A stretch of 64,000 nucleotides of DNA from Zancudomyces culisetae HAW-14-8 (Eukaryota > Fungi > Kickxellomycota). The position numbers were made by a program, and so were the translations under genes. Shown piece by piece: positions 1-12,045 of this stretch (its first letter is position 1; each line of letters begins with the position of its first letter). The stretch spans positions 2,108,001-2,172,000 of the forward strand of contig JBNJNM010000021.1 of NCBI GenBank assembly GCA_052426225.1, in the 5' to 3' direction. Below the pieces are notes generated by a model. The model searched no databases. It worked only from the letters and a program-made list of their open reading frames with translations, and had not been told where the DNA came from.

Positions 1-2192
1 TTATTCATAACTCTGCTGCTTATTATCTTTTTTGCAAAAATACTATACTTTTCGAGACTGGAATCGTCATTTGAGTGTATATTTTTAATCCCATTTTTAA
101 CACCGCCTTTAACACAACTTTTAACACTATCTTTAACACCATTTTTAGCACCATGTTTAACGCTATTTTTAACCTCAAGTTTAACTCCTGTTTTTGTTTT
201 TGCATATACTTTATCGTTTTTACTCTCCCTGTACCCCTTGTTTTGTCGATTAATGTTAAGTTTCCCTCTACCTCTGTCGCAACCATCCATATCATCATCT
301 GTTTTACCATACCTATCTTTCCATACCTCTCCTCCAGCAATCACATTGGTTGAACTACTAAACAATGAATAGTAAAAATTTGCTGTTGATAGCTTCTGTA
401 GCTCCAACTTTCGCTTTTCCCAACTAAATGCAAATACATAGTCTATACACTGTTTGGCCTTTATCTTTACAATATTGTATCCTGCTTTACACACATATAA
501 TATAACCACATAAAGTTTGAGTGGATACAAAATGAATATTATGTTTAACCAGCTCGTTGTAGTCTTGTAGAGTTTGGTTGATTTTTCGACTACTCGTTTC
601 TTCATCGCTGTGGTTTTTAATTCCAATGTGCTATCAACCCGCAACTTCATAAATCCGGTCTTTCTTGACACTTTACTTTCTCGTTCTTTACTTTTAGTTG
701 GATTTGCGCTTGTGGTTGCGGTTGTGAGTTTATTTCTATTTCCCTTTATATTTGTAGTTGTATTTGTATTGTCGTGTTGGGGAATTATTTTGTTGTGTAG
801 ATTAGTGTCGGATTTGGATTTGTAGAGTCTATTAAGTCTATGTGCTCTTAGCATCCCTATATTGTGTTTATCACTAGCACCATAATTTTTACCGCGATCA
901 TCCATCATGTTCGTTGACATTGCCTCATCCATCATTTGCTCCACGGTCCTTGGCTGTTTGTTTGAACTTGATACATTTCTACTGTACTTGTTTTGTGATC
1001 CAGTAGTACCGGTGTTAGTAGTATAATTCTGGGTATTTTTATTGCTGTTATAGTTTTTCATGTTGCCAGAATCACTATTGGTATTACTATTACTATCAGC
1101 ATCCTTACTATTATTGCTCGATCCGTCTTGAAATATAACCGTTACATACCTACTCATATCAAGTTGGCTGAAATATGGGTTTTTCGAGAACGAACCACAT
1201 ACTTTCAATATCAGTGTGTAGATAAACTCGGGTTCAGTAAAGCTATCAAGTAAGTTTCGAATAACTGTGCATGCCACTATCTCCTTTACCAAGTGAAAAG
1301 CTGTTTTATCTGCCATGGTTTCAGGCTCCAAGACAAGTTGTAAAATATGAGTTGTTAAGGTTCGTAGATATAGCAGTTCAGAATTAGCTGTATCAGTTAA
1401 AGCCACATGAGGCATACGCTTTGCAAATAACTCTTCAATCGAAGTTGCTGAACCTGCATAGATAGTGTTCAGACGTGCTTCGCAGTTATGTACTTCTTGG
1501 ATATGTGTTTGGATTATTGTTACCAAATCATATAAAATATACCTTGTCCACTCCACCCTCCTGACACGTTTCTCGAGTTTTTGGATACATTTTTTGAATA
1601 AACTCGTAACCTCAAGTTGAAAACGTTTGTCCTTGCTTATTTCAGCAAACCAAACGTCGATAAACGATTCTACTATTACCTCAACTAGATTTTGCACTTG
1701 AGTATCCAGTTCGTTACTTGAAAGTATGTACGGAGTGTGTTCGTGTAGCTGGTTACTTGAAGCTGTCGAGTAGTACATTTTACATTTGGTAGGATGATTT
1801 AGAGCAGTATTTTGGGTTGAGTATTTGGGAATGGCAAAATACCAAGGAACTGTGTATTTTTGAGAAATGGAATGGAAATTCGGGATATTAATTTTCGCAC
1901 CCAAGTTCCTCGTTTTCACAGTAATTTTATTGCTGTGAGAATAAATATGACTAGGTAGGATTGTAAACAAAGAATGAATAGGAGCTGGGTAAATACAATT
2001 GAGTGAACATGAAAATGAAATACTCGCAAGATACAACAACTGTGATGTATTCTGGTGTATCTCGCAATAATTATCAATATGAGTAGCACTTTCTAAAACC
2101 CTAGCTAACCCTAACCCTAACCCTAACCCCATCTCCATCCATATTTCACTTGTTTCCAAACTCTTGCTCTGGTTCAATACATTATAAATCAT
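1..2192 (-). CDS. PXA-domain protein (sorting nexin/Mdm1-like), C-terminus truncated by window edge
   Basis: Minus-strand frame translated by hand (absent from the ORF track because it has no stop inside the window). It contains ELDTQVQNLVEVIVESFIDVWFAEISKDKRFQLEV...HVALTDTANSELLYLRTLTTHILQLVL...HLVKEIVACTVIRNLLDSFTEPEFIY, a typical PXA pattern. Start uncertain (ATG 2192 or a nearby downstream Met). Confidence 0.8.
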   Translation of the reverse strand, partial: MIYNVLNQSKSLETSEIWMEMGLGLGLGLARVLESATHIDNYCEIHQNTSQLLYLASISFSCSLNCIYPAPIHSLFTILPSHIYSHSNKITVKTRNLGAKINIPNFHSISQKYTVPWYFAIPKYSTQNTALNHPTKCKMYYSTASSNQLHEHTPYILSSNELDTQVQNLVEVIVESFIDVWFAEISKDKRFQLEVTSLFKKCIQKLEKRVRRVEWTRYILYDLVTIIQTHIQEVHNCEARLNTIYAGSATSIEELFAKRMPHVALTDTANSELLYLRTLTTHILQLVLEPETMADKTAFHLVKEIVACTVIRNLLDSFTEPEFIYTLILKVCGSFSKNPYFSQLDMSRYVTVIFQDGSSNNSKDADSNSNTNSDSGNMKNYNSNKNTQNYTTNTGTTGSQNKYSRNVSSSNKQPRTVEQMMDEAMSTNMMDDRGKNYGASDKHNIGMLRAHRLNRLYKSKSDTNLHNKIIPQHDNTNTTTNIKGNRNKLTTATTSANPTKSKERESKVSRKTGFMKLRVDSTLELKTTAMKKRVVEKSTKLYKTTTSWLNIIFILYPLKLYVVILYVCKAGYNIVKIKAKQCIDYVFAFSWEKRKLELQKLSTANFYYSLFSSSTNVIAGGEVWKDRYGKTDDDMDGCDRGRGKLNINRQNKGYRESKNDKVYAKTKTGVKLEVKNSVKHGAKNGVKDSVKSCVKGGVKNGIKNIHSNDDSSLEKYSIFAKKIISSRVMN
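2105..2130 (-). repeat. Short (TTAGGG)~4 tract inside the PXA ORF 5' region
   Basis: ctaaccctaaccctaaccctaacccc on +; reads GLGLGLGL in the PXA frame. Confidence 0.85.
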
Positions 2193-2338
2193 CTGCTTCA
2201 CAAACAAAACAATATTAATCGATATATAAATTTTTGGTTGAGTTATAGGCTGTATAAAAATGCTAGTAAATCAAGAAAAGGCTACAGAACGAATAAATAA
2301 ATGGTTTACGAAAAGAAAAGAAGAAAAAATGAATTTTA

Positions 2339-4813
2339 CTACTTTGTAAAGGAAAAGTGCCAGTTTGGATTCCATTCTTTAGCAGAAATTGAATCTTTTG
2401 TCATTGCGCAGCCATAGACAAATGGAGACCAGTATGCGAAGCACAAAAATTGTAGCACTGCAACAGCAGCCACAAATACTTTTGCTTTGGATCCATTGGG
2501 AATTATTTGTGTGTCTGACTTAACATTAAAAGGATCAAGTAACACAAACCGAGTATAATCCTGAACTACGGCAAACTGTATCACAGCACCAAGTAGCATA
2601 TATCCAAATACAACACTTGGTAAGTACTCATGAATGTATACTGCCCTTGTCAAAAAGAAAAATGGCACATAGTGGAAAAGATATAAGACCTGCATAAACA
2701 ACCCACTGCGGAACAAGTGGCGTTCGGTAACATCATTAACAATTGGTGTATTTCTGCGGTACTTGAAAAATGCAGCAACTAGGTACACACAGTTAAAGGC
2801 TAGCACAGCTGCTACAATTGAATACCAACCAAAAATATTCGCAACAAAATGTATTTGTTTTAGCCCCTCAGCCTTAGTCCAGTATGAGATACCGCTTTTA
2901 TACAATGGCCAGGCGCCAGGGTATGATTGGTCCTTTTTGCTTTTACTTTGTTTGTCGATATAATCTGAAACTGTTGAGCGTAGCTCAAGGAATTTGCTAA
3001 TGAAGCACATACTGGGTGGTTGGGCCTTTTCGTTTGCATTTTCTTCTACTTTTCTTCCAAATACGTTGTTAACAGTCCACAAGGTCCCTTCGCCTTCTGA
3101 ATCTTTTTTTCCATTGATTTCTTGATCGTAAAATCCCCAATCTGGAAGATTTTTGTTAAAAGTGTATGCCGAAACACCGAACTTCTTGCTTGTTAGCCTA
3201 ATATGCTTATTTAATGTGCGGAGTTGGGAGCGCATATCCTCTGAATCTCTCGCGTTATTAATCCTGAGAATAAATATGGTATCGGGGAACGCCTTTTGAT
3301 CGTTTTCTTCTACTGTGGTAAACTCCATATTTGTGGTTGTTAGAGGTGATGCAACATCGTGAGTTCTCATTACTCGCTGCGTCTTTTTGTGCATAAGTCT
3401 AATCTCATCTTCATTTCTAACAGCATATTTTCTTATCTCTTCAGACGTTAATTTGTAGTTTTCATCGTTCTTTCGTTTCTCCAGGTAGCTGTCAAAATCT
3501 TCATCCTTTTCGGCTGGAAGGACTATCCAGTATGATTCATCATTCTCTTCCTTGTGGCCGGTAACTTGGTTTCCTGCACTTCCTACGCGCCCATCTGCAT
3601 ACTTTTGTGGATATTTTGAATCTCGGGAATTCAAAAACACCTTTGTATCTACGTGTTTAAAACTTATGGCGTCTCCATAGTACACAGATAGATTGTTTTC
3701 TAATATCTTACTACCCTTTAGTTGCATTTGAAATTCTGGAGAGTGGTAATCATCTCCGGGTCCACTGTTGGTCAATATTGCAAAATGAATATAAAAAGCC
3801 ATTAAATAAATCGTTAGGGGGACGACTATGAACCCCCCAACCCTTACTGCAAAATGTTTAGCAAGCTCTTCCACTTTCAGATTTCTGCGGATATCAATCA
3901 GTCTCCACAGATCATACAGAACTGCTACTCCAATACTACCGATTGTAAACAATCCAACCGTCTTGCTTGAGATCGCGCATCCCATCATCACGCCTGTTGC
4001 AATCATATATCCATACCATGTTGTCGTGAATGGTTGGTATCGTTGTTTGAAAAACTTGATGTAGAAATAAACTGCCCAAACCATAAAGAATATCATGATA
4101 GAATCTAACAATACCAATCTGCTGTGCAGTACGAGTGCATTGTCAAACACCGCCATAAATGCTGTCAATGTTGAAATGGTTAATGAATATCCTGATTCTG
4201 CCATAATGAGATAAACAACGCCTGGGATTGTTGCTCCAAACATCGCTACAAATACTCGCATTACAAAGTATGGTGCTCCATTTTCAATATAATTTTGTCC
4301 AATTTTGTCAAACAAATACGTTCCATCATACCCTACCAGTTTTCCAGGAATTGTCAATAACATCTTTGCCAATGGTGGATGAACGTCAAAATAATATTCT
4401 CGTCTTAAATAGTAGCTTGCAAACTTTCCAAAGTGCACTTCATCGAACACCACTTCTTTTGGTGACCATATTCCCCACAATCTTACTACAAACGACAATA
4501 TCAGTATTCCTGCAAAAGCATACAATGAAGCCCATCCTCTTGCGACAGTTTGTACCTATACATTTATTGTATAATGTTATTACTTTTTATGCCATTATAA
4601 CCTGCCTGCTTTTATAGTACACCTGCCTGCTTTTCTAGTACACCTGCCCACCCTTTTTCACACTTTGTTTCATACACCATTCCTACGTTTTAGTCTTACC
4701 TTCACCTTGTCATCATCAACTTTCTTTTCTAAAACTTCTTTTTTCTTTTCAATGGTCTGTCGCTCTGGACTTTTTCGTTGGCGAATAGCCGCCTTTTCAT
4801 CACCAGATGCCAT
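2339..4813 (-). CDS. PMT4: Dolichyl-phosphate-mannose:protein O-mannosyltransferase, PMT4-type; 2 exons (4813-4700, 4555-2339)
   Basis: VVFDEVHFGKFASYYL..YFDVHPPLAKML motif, MIR domains, multiple TM segments. GTAAGA...TAG intron at 4699-4556 joins MASGDEK... in frame. Confidence 0.9.
4600..4650 (+). repeat. About 21-nt tandem repeat (acctgcctgcttt..tagtac) x~2.5 in the PMT intron
   Basis: acctgcctgc recurs at ~4600 and 4621, with acctgccc at ~4642. Confidence 0.7.
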
Positions 4814-6668
4814 TTTCCTATTATTATAGATAAAGTATCCTTGTGTTAAATACTATATGAGAGTGTTTGAAATTGGCTTGGATCATACAGCTATCTACAA
4901 ACAACCATAAATATACGCTGCTCTTTTTGGTATTGTTTGGCATTGGCCATTCTTTTCAACCCCCTAGCCCAACACAAAAATAAATACTGTTTTGGCATGG
5001 TTGAGTGTAAATCGACCTGCTAAGATTGGTTAAATCATGCTTGCACCTCACAAATTACTTTTCAAACATCGTATACGCGCTTTTGCTTGATGACGCCGTA
5101 GACCATGTTCTTTGTTGCTTTTTATTGGTGTTTATAGCTGATACTTCGTCGTCCTTTTGTTAATAACTAAATAATATAGTGTGTTACCTTCTATTGTATA
5201 CTTGAGTACAACAAAGCTATCCAAAAATGGCCAAATAAGTGTAAAGGTTTTTTTATTAGCAAGTCTGGAGATATGAGATGGTTTAAATTGGTTTTTTTTT
5301 TTACTCCAGCTTCAATTCGGCCCCAATTTATTCCGTTTATTTAAACTCGGCTTAATTGTTTATTTATTCGAGCCCAATTCGTTTATTTATCCAAATTCCC
5401 CCCATTTAAAATTTTCAGTATTAAATAAATTGAATAGAATAACAGCTTCAATCAATAAAGATTCTAGTAAAATTCACATCATCCGTTAGCCAAATCCAAT
5501 TATTATACGTGGATCCAAACTCAAACTGCAAATGTCCAATAAACCAATCCTTGAAAAATTCCAAACTCATTCTGTTTTACTTTTTTGGTGTACAAATAAA
5601 GTGCTTGTATGACTTGAATTCCAAAGTCAGTTTCATACAAGAACCAAAGGAACATTCCACTATGTTAAAGAACATTCAGGTCAACAGTGTATGAATTACC
5701 CATCTGTTTTCCATAGTCTTTAATTTTCATTTTTGGCACTGTTTTTGTTGTGTTATTTTCTTTTCTCCATTCTGCTGTATTACCTTGGTGTCTTTGCATT
5801 TCCGTATTTTTGTTCTCCCTTGTATTATTTACATTTTTTTTAACATTCATTTTCTTTGCTTCATCTACTGATTATACTATACTTGAAATAAATATTAACG
5901 CACCTCGAACTTGCCAAATCATTCCAGATGAACTAGCAAAAATTACATTCCTTTGGGTATTCCTATGAATTACACCGCACTACATTACACCATACTAAAC
6001 TGCACCATATTTCATTGCCGCTATTGCTATGGCTGTTATCGCTACTATCCCACACGTTTTTATCTAACCAAGTATACATGTAAAGATGAGAATAACATTT
6101 TTACCTATTGGTCTGTTTGTGTCAATTTTCCCAGGATTCTTTTCTTCTGAAATATACAGCCAACTCATTTGGAGGGTAACAATTCAACGCGCACTTGTAT
6201 ACATAATTTTTTACGAGTCCTAAAAGATGTATCAAGTATGATCCAAGACATATGTGACTATTAACTCATAACCTTAGACTCATTGTTTTCTTAGTACAGC
6301 GACTATAGCATTTGTTTTTCCTCTCTTACGCTTATATAAGTGATACCTAAATTTTGTTAAGTGAAGTTGCATAATGGAGTCGAGTATTCTTGTTTATTTA
6401 CATATAGCTGTTTTTTATGTTGGTATAATATTTAACTAAATATCAAGTAAAACATTATAAATCTACATATTATCTACCAAACCAATATAACTCACCACCC
6501 TCTCAAAAAATTTCATATCCATCAGGTGCTCAAACTCACGCTGCTTTTCAACTTTTATACCTTACCCATCCTCTCACATTCATTAATGAACATTTACGTT
6601 TTTTATTTCTCTAATGTTATAATACTAGCTAAATCTATAAACTAAAAAGTAACTAGTCATTTTGCAAA

Positions 6669-9600
6669 CTATTTATCGCAATACTTCTCAATTCTACATT
6701 TATCATTTTTCAATCTAGCCTCCTCGCACAGAATGTTATTTATGGTGTCTGGTGGTGGTAACTTATCTCCTATATCTATATTTCCACAATAGTACTTAAT
6801 AGCCGCTTTATCGTTATCCTCTTTTGCCTTCTTACACAGGTTCTTAAATATCTCTTTTATTTTTTTACACGAATGTTTCTTATCCACAACATCGCGGCAG
6901 TATTTCTTGGCAAGTACATATCTCTTTCCCTTTATGGCAAGCGCACAAAGCACTCTATTTGTATCCGAGCATGGAGGATATTTGGAAATATCTGAAGGAC
7001 AATACTTCTCAATGTCCGCTTTGTTTTTTTCCTTTTTTGCTTTTTCACAAAGCTGTTTGTATTTGTTTATATGTGTAGGTGGTATGAATGGTCTGCAGTA
7101 TTTTCTTTTAGCTGCTACATCATTTTTTATGGCTGCTATAACACAGAGTATTTTGTATATTTCATCTATTGATGGAAGCTTGTCATCTTTATGGCTAATA
7201 TCTCGACAATATAGTTTGATTGTGCTAGGGTTTTTGGTTATTTGTGCGTACTTGCACAGATATTTATATATCTTTTTAATTGAGCAACCCAAACCTTCAT
7301 TTTTATCTGGTCTGCAGAACATGGCTATTTTTACCTTATCCTTCTGTAGTTTGCCCAAATGACATAGAATTTTGTTTGTATCATAACTAGGCAGTGGTGG
7401 GTTTGGAGGTCGAGGACAATACCTGTTTATGTTGTATGGGTTTCTTTCGATTTTGGCTTTTCTGCATAAAGTATCATAGTAGAACTTTTCGCTTGGTTTA
7501 TAGTCCCTGCAATACTTTTTAATTTTTGGATAATCCTTTGCGATTCTGGCCTCAATACACAGCATTTTGGTTATTTCACACAATGGAGGGTGGTTTGGAC
7601 CAATATCTGAAGGCTCTTTGCAATACTTTTTGATATCGCGACGATTTTTCTCTCTCTTGGCCTTCAGGCATAGGTTTGAGTAGACCTTATCGACAACAAT
7701 AACTGTAACTACGTTTTTACAATACTTTATAATGTTTTTAACGTTGTTTCGTGATCGAGCAATCGAACACAGTATTCGGTTAATTTGGGAAGTGGATGGT
7801 TTTCCAGCCGCCAATCCTGTACAATATCTCTTTATATCGACTTTGTTTCCAGAAATTTTGGCCGCACGACATCTTCTAAAGTACACGTCGTTTTGATTCA
7901 CAGAGTTTTTATCAACGCAGTACAGGCTAACGCCTTTTACATCAAAGCAGAGTTTGGAATTTTGACATTGTATTTTATAAAAATATTTTAGTGGAGGAAC
8001 CTTGATTTCGGTATTTTCTAGAGAAGCACAGAAGAACTCAATTTCAGCCTTGTTTCTGCTCTTTTTGGCTTCCGCACAGAGTTGCCTGTATATTTTTTTG
8101 ATATCAAGCAGCTTAGAGGAATTGTTTGTAAATTTCGGGCAGTAATTATCTATATCGGCTTGGGATTTTGACGCTTTTGCCAAAGAGCACATAAACCTTT
8201 CAACACTCTCTAGGGGAGGCTTAGGATTGCTTGAGGTATGACAGTACAGCATTTTGTTTTTGTTGTCACCACTTAACATGGCCTCAAAACACATTTTTGT
8301 GTACACGTTTTGACTATCTGCACTATTGAATATCGGGCAGTACAAACGCATTTTTTTCCGGTCATTTCTAAGCTTTGCCTCTACACACAATGCACGAATC
8401 ACCTCATCTTTCGAGATTGGTAACTCTGTCTTACGTGTTAGATCTCTGCAATATTGTGCTTTTTTATTATGGGCTTTTCTTGTTGCATGTTGACATAACC
8501 TTTTGTAAACATCCGTTATTATAAGATCAAGTTTTGTGTAATCAACACCCTTTCCAAGAAGACAGTATTTTCTAATATCTGCACTATCTCCGCTCATTCT
8601 AGCCAAGCTACAGTGTACTCTGTAAACATCTTTTATTTGTGGAATCGTTATTGAACCTACATTCACATTGTCGGGTTTGCAGTACTTTTCAATTCCTGAA
8701 GCATTTTTACTCTTCTTTGCATCTTTGCATTTGGTCTCATATGTATCAACCATTTTTTTATCTGATGAATCTAACATATCCCTATCCGCTACACTGCAGA
8801 AATGTGTTGTGAATGACTGGGCTCCTAACATAAATGCCTCTCTACATAAGATTGCTTCTAACTCTCTACGTGGAATAATTCTAAAAGGTTGTCCGACAAT
8901 TTCTCTACAATATGTTGCAGTAGCCTTGCTTTTGTTCTCTCTCTTTGCCTGTTTACATAGTTCCCCATATATTTTTACCAAAGGTGGGGGTTCAACCTTT
9001 ACTTTTTCCAACGGTTTGCAGTATTGGCTTATAGCATAATTGCTGGAGGATTTTAGGCCGAATCCACAAAGCACTCTAAAAATATGCACAACATGCATGT
9101 TTTTTTTTGGTCTTGGAACAATTCCCCTGCAGTACCTTTGCATTCTTCCGATATCATGTACGTATGATGCCTCCAGACACAGTCTGAGATACGGGTTCAA
9201 ATATCTAGCCTTTTTATCGAACCACGTACCATAGTCCTTAAAAGCAACCCTGCGTCTATTAACTCGGTCATTTTCGTCAGATATTGCCTGTAGAATGACT
9301 ATATCTGGGGTGGTATCAGATACCTGTATAATTTCGTTACAGTATATAGAAAGTCTATAATAGTCTAAAAAATTTTTTGCACGACCACACAAAGCTGAAA
9401 GAATTCGGTTTAGATTCATTGCTTTTGCAGATGCAATGTTTGCACTATTACAGAACTTTGATTTTGCATCCTTATTTTGACTTCTTAGTGCTAGGGCACA
9501 CTTAACCATAACTATCTTTGCCACCTGGTCATTTCCATGTGTTAGGGAATTTGGTGATAGCTCTGAATCCGTGTCTTGTGTCCCAAGAGAACCTAATTGC

Positions 9601-10397
9601 TCTAATGGGTTTTTCTCTTCCGCTGCACTCAAAGCTTCGACAAGAATATTATTGTACTTTTCTTGTTGATCATTTTCTGATTTTTGCTGTTGTTCTACTG
9701 CGTCACTTATCTTTTCTGAGTGTTGATTTTTCGAACCACTGTTTTCAGCGGATGTTATGCTATTCAGAGCATCTCTAACAGGCTTATTTGCAGCCATGTC
9801 TGCAGGGTCTTCGGTATACTCAACGAGCTTTAAATATTCTTCAATCAAACCATCTAGCTTGGCTCCGCTAAGCGGTCCGTAGTTATTCTGCTTCTGCACA
9901 TCACAGTACATTTGTTTGAGCTGTGTATTGTCTTGCTCTGTTGCTCTATTACATAGTCTTTGGTAGAGATAGTTAAGTGGAATATTATTTGTAGGTTCTG
10001 TTGTGTCATCCAAACAGTATATTTTTGATAGGTGTTTATTGTTATTTAATTTGCTCGATTCACAGTTTATTCTATCTGAAACGGCACTTTTTCGCATAGC
10101 CTCATCATAAGTAGGCTCAAATATTTTGTCATTAGTATATATTATCATGGCTCCCTCCGATTTTGTGTAGTTGCCATTGTGACTGATATCTACCTTTCCT
10201 GAATTTAATATTGAGGTGTCAACGGATACTGGTTCAATAGAGTTCCTTTTCTCATCTTGCCATGTATTTTTTAGACTCTTTGGACTAAAATCTCGGTTTT
10301 CGCTAAGATCATTGTGACTTTTATTTGTATTATCAATGGTTAGACACTCCGCGCCGAGTAGAGTGAAAGAAACCAATAATGATATATTTTTCAACAT
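6669..10397 (-). CDS. Secreted Cys/Lys/Tyr-rich tandem-repeat protein (28 x C-x15-C units), unknown function
   Basis: 1242-aa intronless ORF. N-terminal signal peptide MLKNISLLVSFTLLGAEC. Repeated YxxLCxxAKxxxNxxxIxKYC motif. No TM or GPI tail. Confidence 0.9.
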   Translation of the reverse strand: MLKNISLLVSFTLLGAECLTIDNTNKSHNDLSENRDFSPKSLKNTWQDEKRNSIEPVSVDTSILNSGKVDISHNGNYTKSEGAMIIYTNDKIFEPTYDEAMRKSAVSDRINCESSKLNNNKHLSKIYCLDDTTEPTNNIPLNYLYQRLCNRATEQDNTQLKQMYCDVQKQNNYGPLSGAKLDGLIEEYLKLVEYTEDPADMAANKPVRDALNSITSAENSGSKNQHSEKISDAVEQQQKSENDQQEKYNNILVEALSAAEEKNPLEQLGSLGTQDTDSELSPNSLTHGNDQVAKIVMVKCALALRSQNKDAKSKFCNSANIASAKAMNLNRILSALCGRAKNFLDYYRLSIYCNEIIQVSDTTPDIVILQAISDENDRVNRRRVAFKDYGTWFDKKARYLNPYLRLCLEASYVHDIGRMQRYCRGIVPRPKKNMHVVHIFRVLCGFGLKSSSNYAISQYCKPLEKVKVEPPPLVKIYGELCKQAKRENKSKATATYCREIVGQPFRIIPRRELEAILCREAFMLGAQSFTTHFCSVADRDMLDSSDKKMVDTYETKCKDAKKSKNASGIEKYCKPDNVNVGSITIPQIKDVYRVHCSLARMSGDSADIRKYCLLGKGVDYTKLDLIITDVYKRLCQHATRKAHNKKAQYCRDLTRKTELPISKDEVIRALCVEAKLRNDRKKMRLYCPIFNSADSQNVYTKMCFEAMLSGDNKNKMLYCHTSSNPKPPLESVERFMCSLAKASKSQADIDNYCPKFTNNSSKLLDIKKIYRQLCAEAKKSRNKAEIEFFCASLENTEIKVPPLKYFYKIQCQNSKLCFDVKGVSLYCVDKNSVNQNDVYFRRCRAAKISGNKVDIKRYCTGLAAGKPSTSQINRILCSIARSRNNVKNIIKYCKNVVTVIVVDKVYSNLCLKAKREKNRRDIKKYCKEPSDIGPNHPPLCEITKMLCIEARIAKDYPKIKKYCRDYKPSEKFYYDTLCRKAKIERNPYNINRYCPRPPNPPLPSYDTNKILCHLGKLQKDKVKIAMFCRPDKNEGLGCSIKKIYKYLCKYAQITKNPSTIKLYCRDISHKDDKLPSIDEIYKILCVIAAIKNDVAAKRKYCRPFIPPTHINKYKQLCEKAKKEKNKADIEKYCPSDISKYPPCSDTNRVLCALAIKGKRYVLAKKYCRDVVDKKHSCKKIKEIFKNLCKKAKEDNDKAAIKYYCGNIDIGDKLPPPDTINNILCEEARLKNDKCRIEKYCDK

Positions 10398-12000
10398 ATT
10401 TACTTTTCTTTTACCCCCCCTTATGGTTGATTATTTGTTCTGCAATCCTCTATATCTGAGTAGTATTATGTATTTGACTCAAAATCTGGCACTTAGAAAA
10501 ACTGGTAATACAAAAAAATAAGTCTTAATATTGTTCTTTGACTCCTGGCGTTTATTGATTTTTTGACTAAAGTTCTTTTATAGAGCATTTATAGCAACAA
10601 AAAAACAATTTTACTAAAGCTTATATCGCCTATTTTTCTATGTCAGATTTTCCACTTAGGAATGCCTCAAATAGTAACTTTGATCAACATTTAATACTCA
10701 AACGTTAATGCTAAATTTTCTAGACTGTTTGAACAAGTCGCTTGCTACTTTTTTTTAAAAATAAATTGTTATTAGGCATAAAACATAACTTTGGAAGCTG
10801 GACCATTTTGTAGATCCAAATTCACTCATGAAAGCAAGACATAACCTAAATGCAATAATATATTCCAGCTTTGTTCTGGGTCTAACATTAATTTTAGTTA
10901 TAACCTCTTTTTACTATGGTATAGTACTATGAATATCAATATTTAAGCTGCAATATATCTGGCACATTTCTTTTAAGGGCTCCTACTGGCTCTTTAGTTC
11001 AAGTATACCCCCATTTTTTGATAACTGCTTTGGTGCATAAATATCCAAAAAAAAAAGTAATGGAACCACAGGTGGTAGAACCAGAAAAGCAGCAATTGGG
11101 TGCTTGGTTGAGAAATTGAGTTTAATATGGGATCTAGCTCGCTTTTTTTATTTAGGATTTACCCCTAAAGTGTCTAGATTTTAAAGTATATAACAATTCG
11201 CCATGCTAGCCATAGGATACGCTTATATTGGATGAAAAATGAGGTATATCAGTATTGTAGTTCTAAATACAAAGTTATCCACATAATATTATCAGACCCT
11301 TGAAGGTGAATGGTGAAGTATTCTAACGTAGTTCCTTTTAATTATATCCTTGCCTCTACTGGTATGTGGTTGGTCATAAAACTTGCTTCTAGCCAATAGC
11401 TACTGTACGCAGTCTAGATTAGCGAAACTAAGAAAAACTAATTTTTTTACTGACCAATTTTGCGATAATATGGATAAGAAACTGAAAAGGATATTGAACT
11501 ACAGGTGAAGTGAGTGTTTGTGGAGTTGTATATTAACTAAGGTATATGTTTTACTGTGCAAAAGGCTTACATTTTTATCACTAACCGAGCTGTGGCATAA
11601 AAATAATGGTGAAAAAATAGCTGATTTGCCAAACTCTGCAATAGTATCCTGATAACTCCGGCTCAGAATGAAGTCGCCAAGAAAAAGGTAGTGTTATAAA
11701 AAAAAGTTACTTCATGTAATACTAAAAATAGAGTAGTATCATAATAGAGGTTATAATGTTATATATTGATCCAGAGAACATGAAAGTCATTTTTAGAGTA
11801 CCCTGAACTAAGAACTAAACAGAGTAACAGAAAAGCAACAAGTGAGAAGGTTGGTAATAAAAAACATTCATAGAGTTGAGGTGTACATACGACACAAAAT
11901 AATCAGGTGTACAAAAATTTACGAATTTACACATGGTTCCTATAATAAATGGTGTAGAGTAGATCATGTTTAAGCCATGGACGTAATATGACACGCTGTG

Positions 12001-12045
12001 TTACTACTGAGTAGTAAAAGTCGCATATACCCACTACTCAGCAGT
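12001..12045. other. Nested palindrome / 13-bp inverted-arm element near the outer end of the IR arm (mirror copy 28344-28388)
   Basis: ttactact-g-agtagtaa is a palindrome with a 1-nt centre. actactgagtagt (12003-12015) and actactcagcagt (12033-12045) are inverted arms with one mismatch and a 17-nt spacer. Confidence 0.75.

Noticed and set aside
23-825. ORF-track ORFs 23-340, 75-353 and 574-825
   Set aside because: Shadow frames of the long PXA ORF, whose 12-nt VKxx repeats generate them
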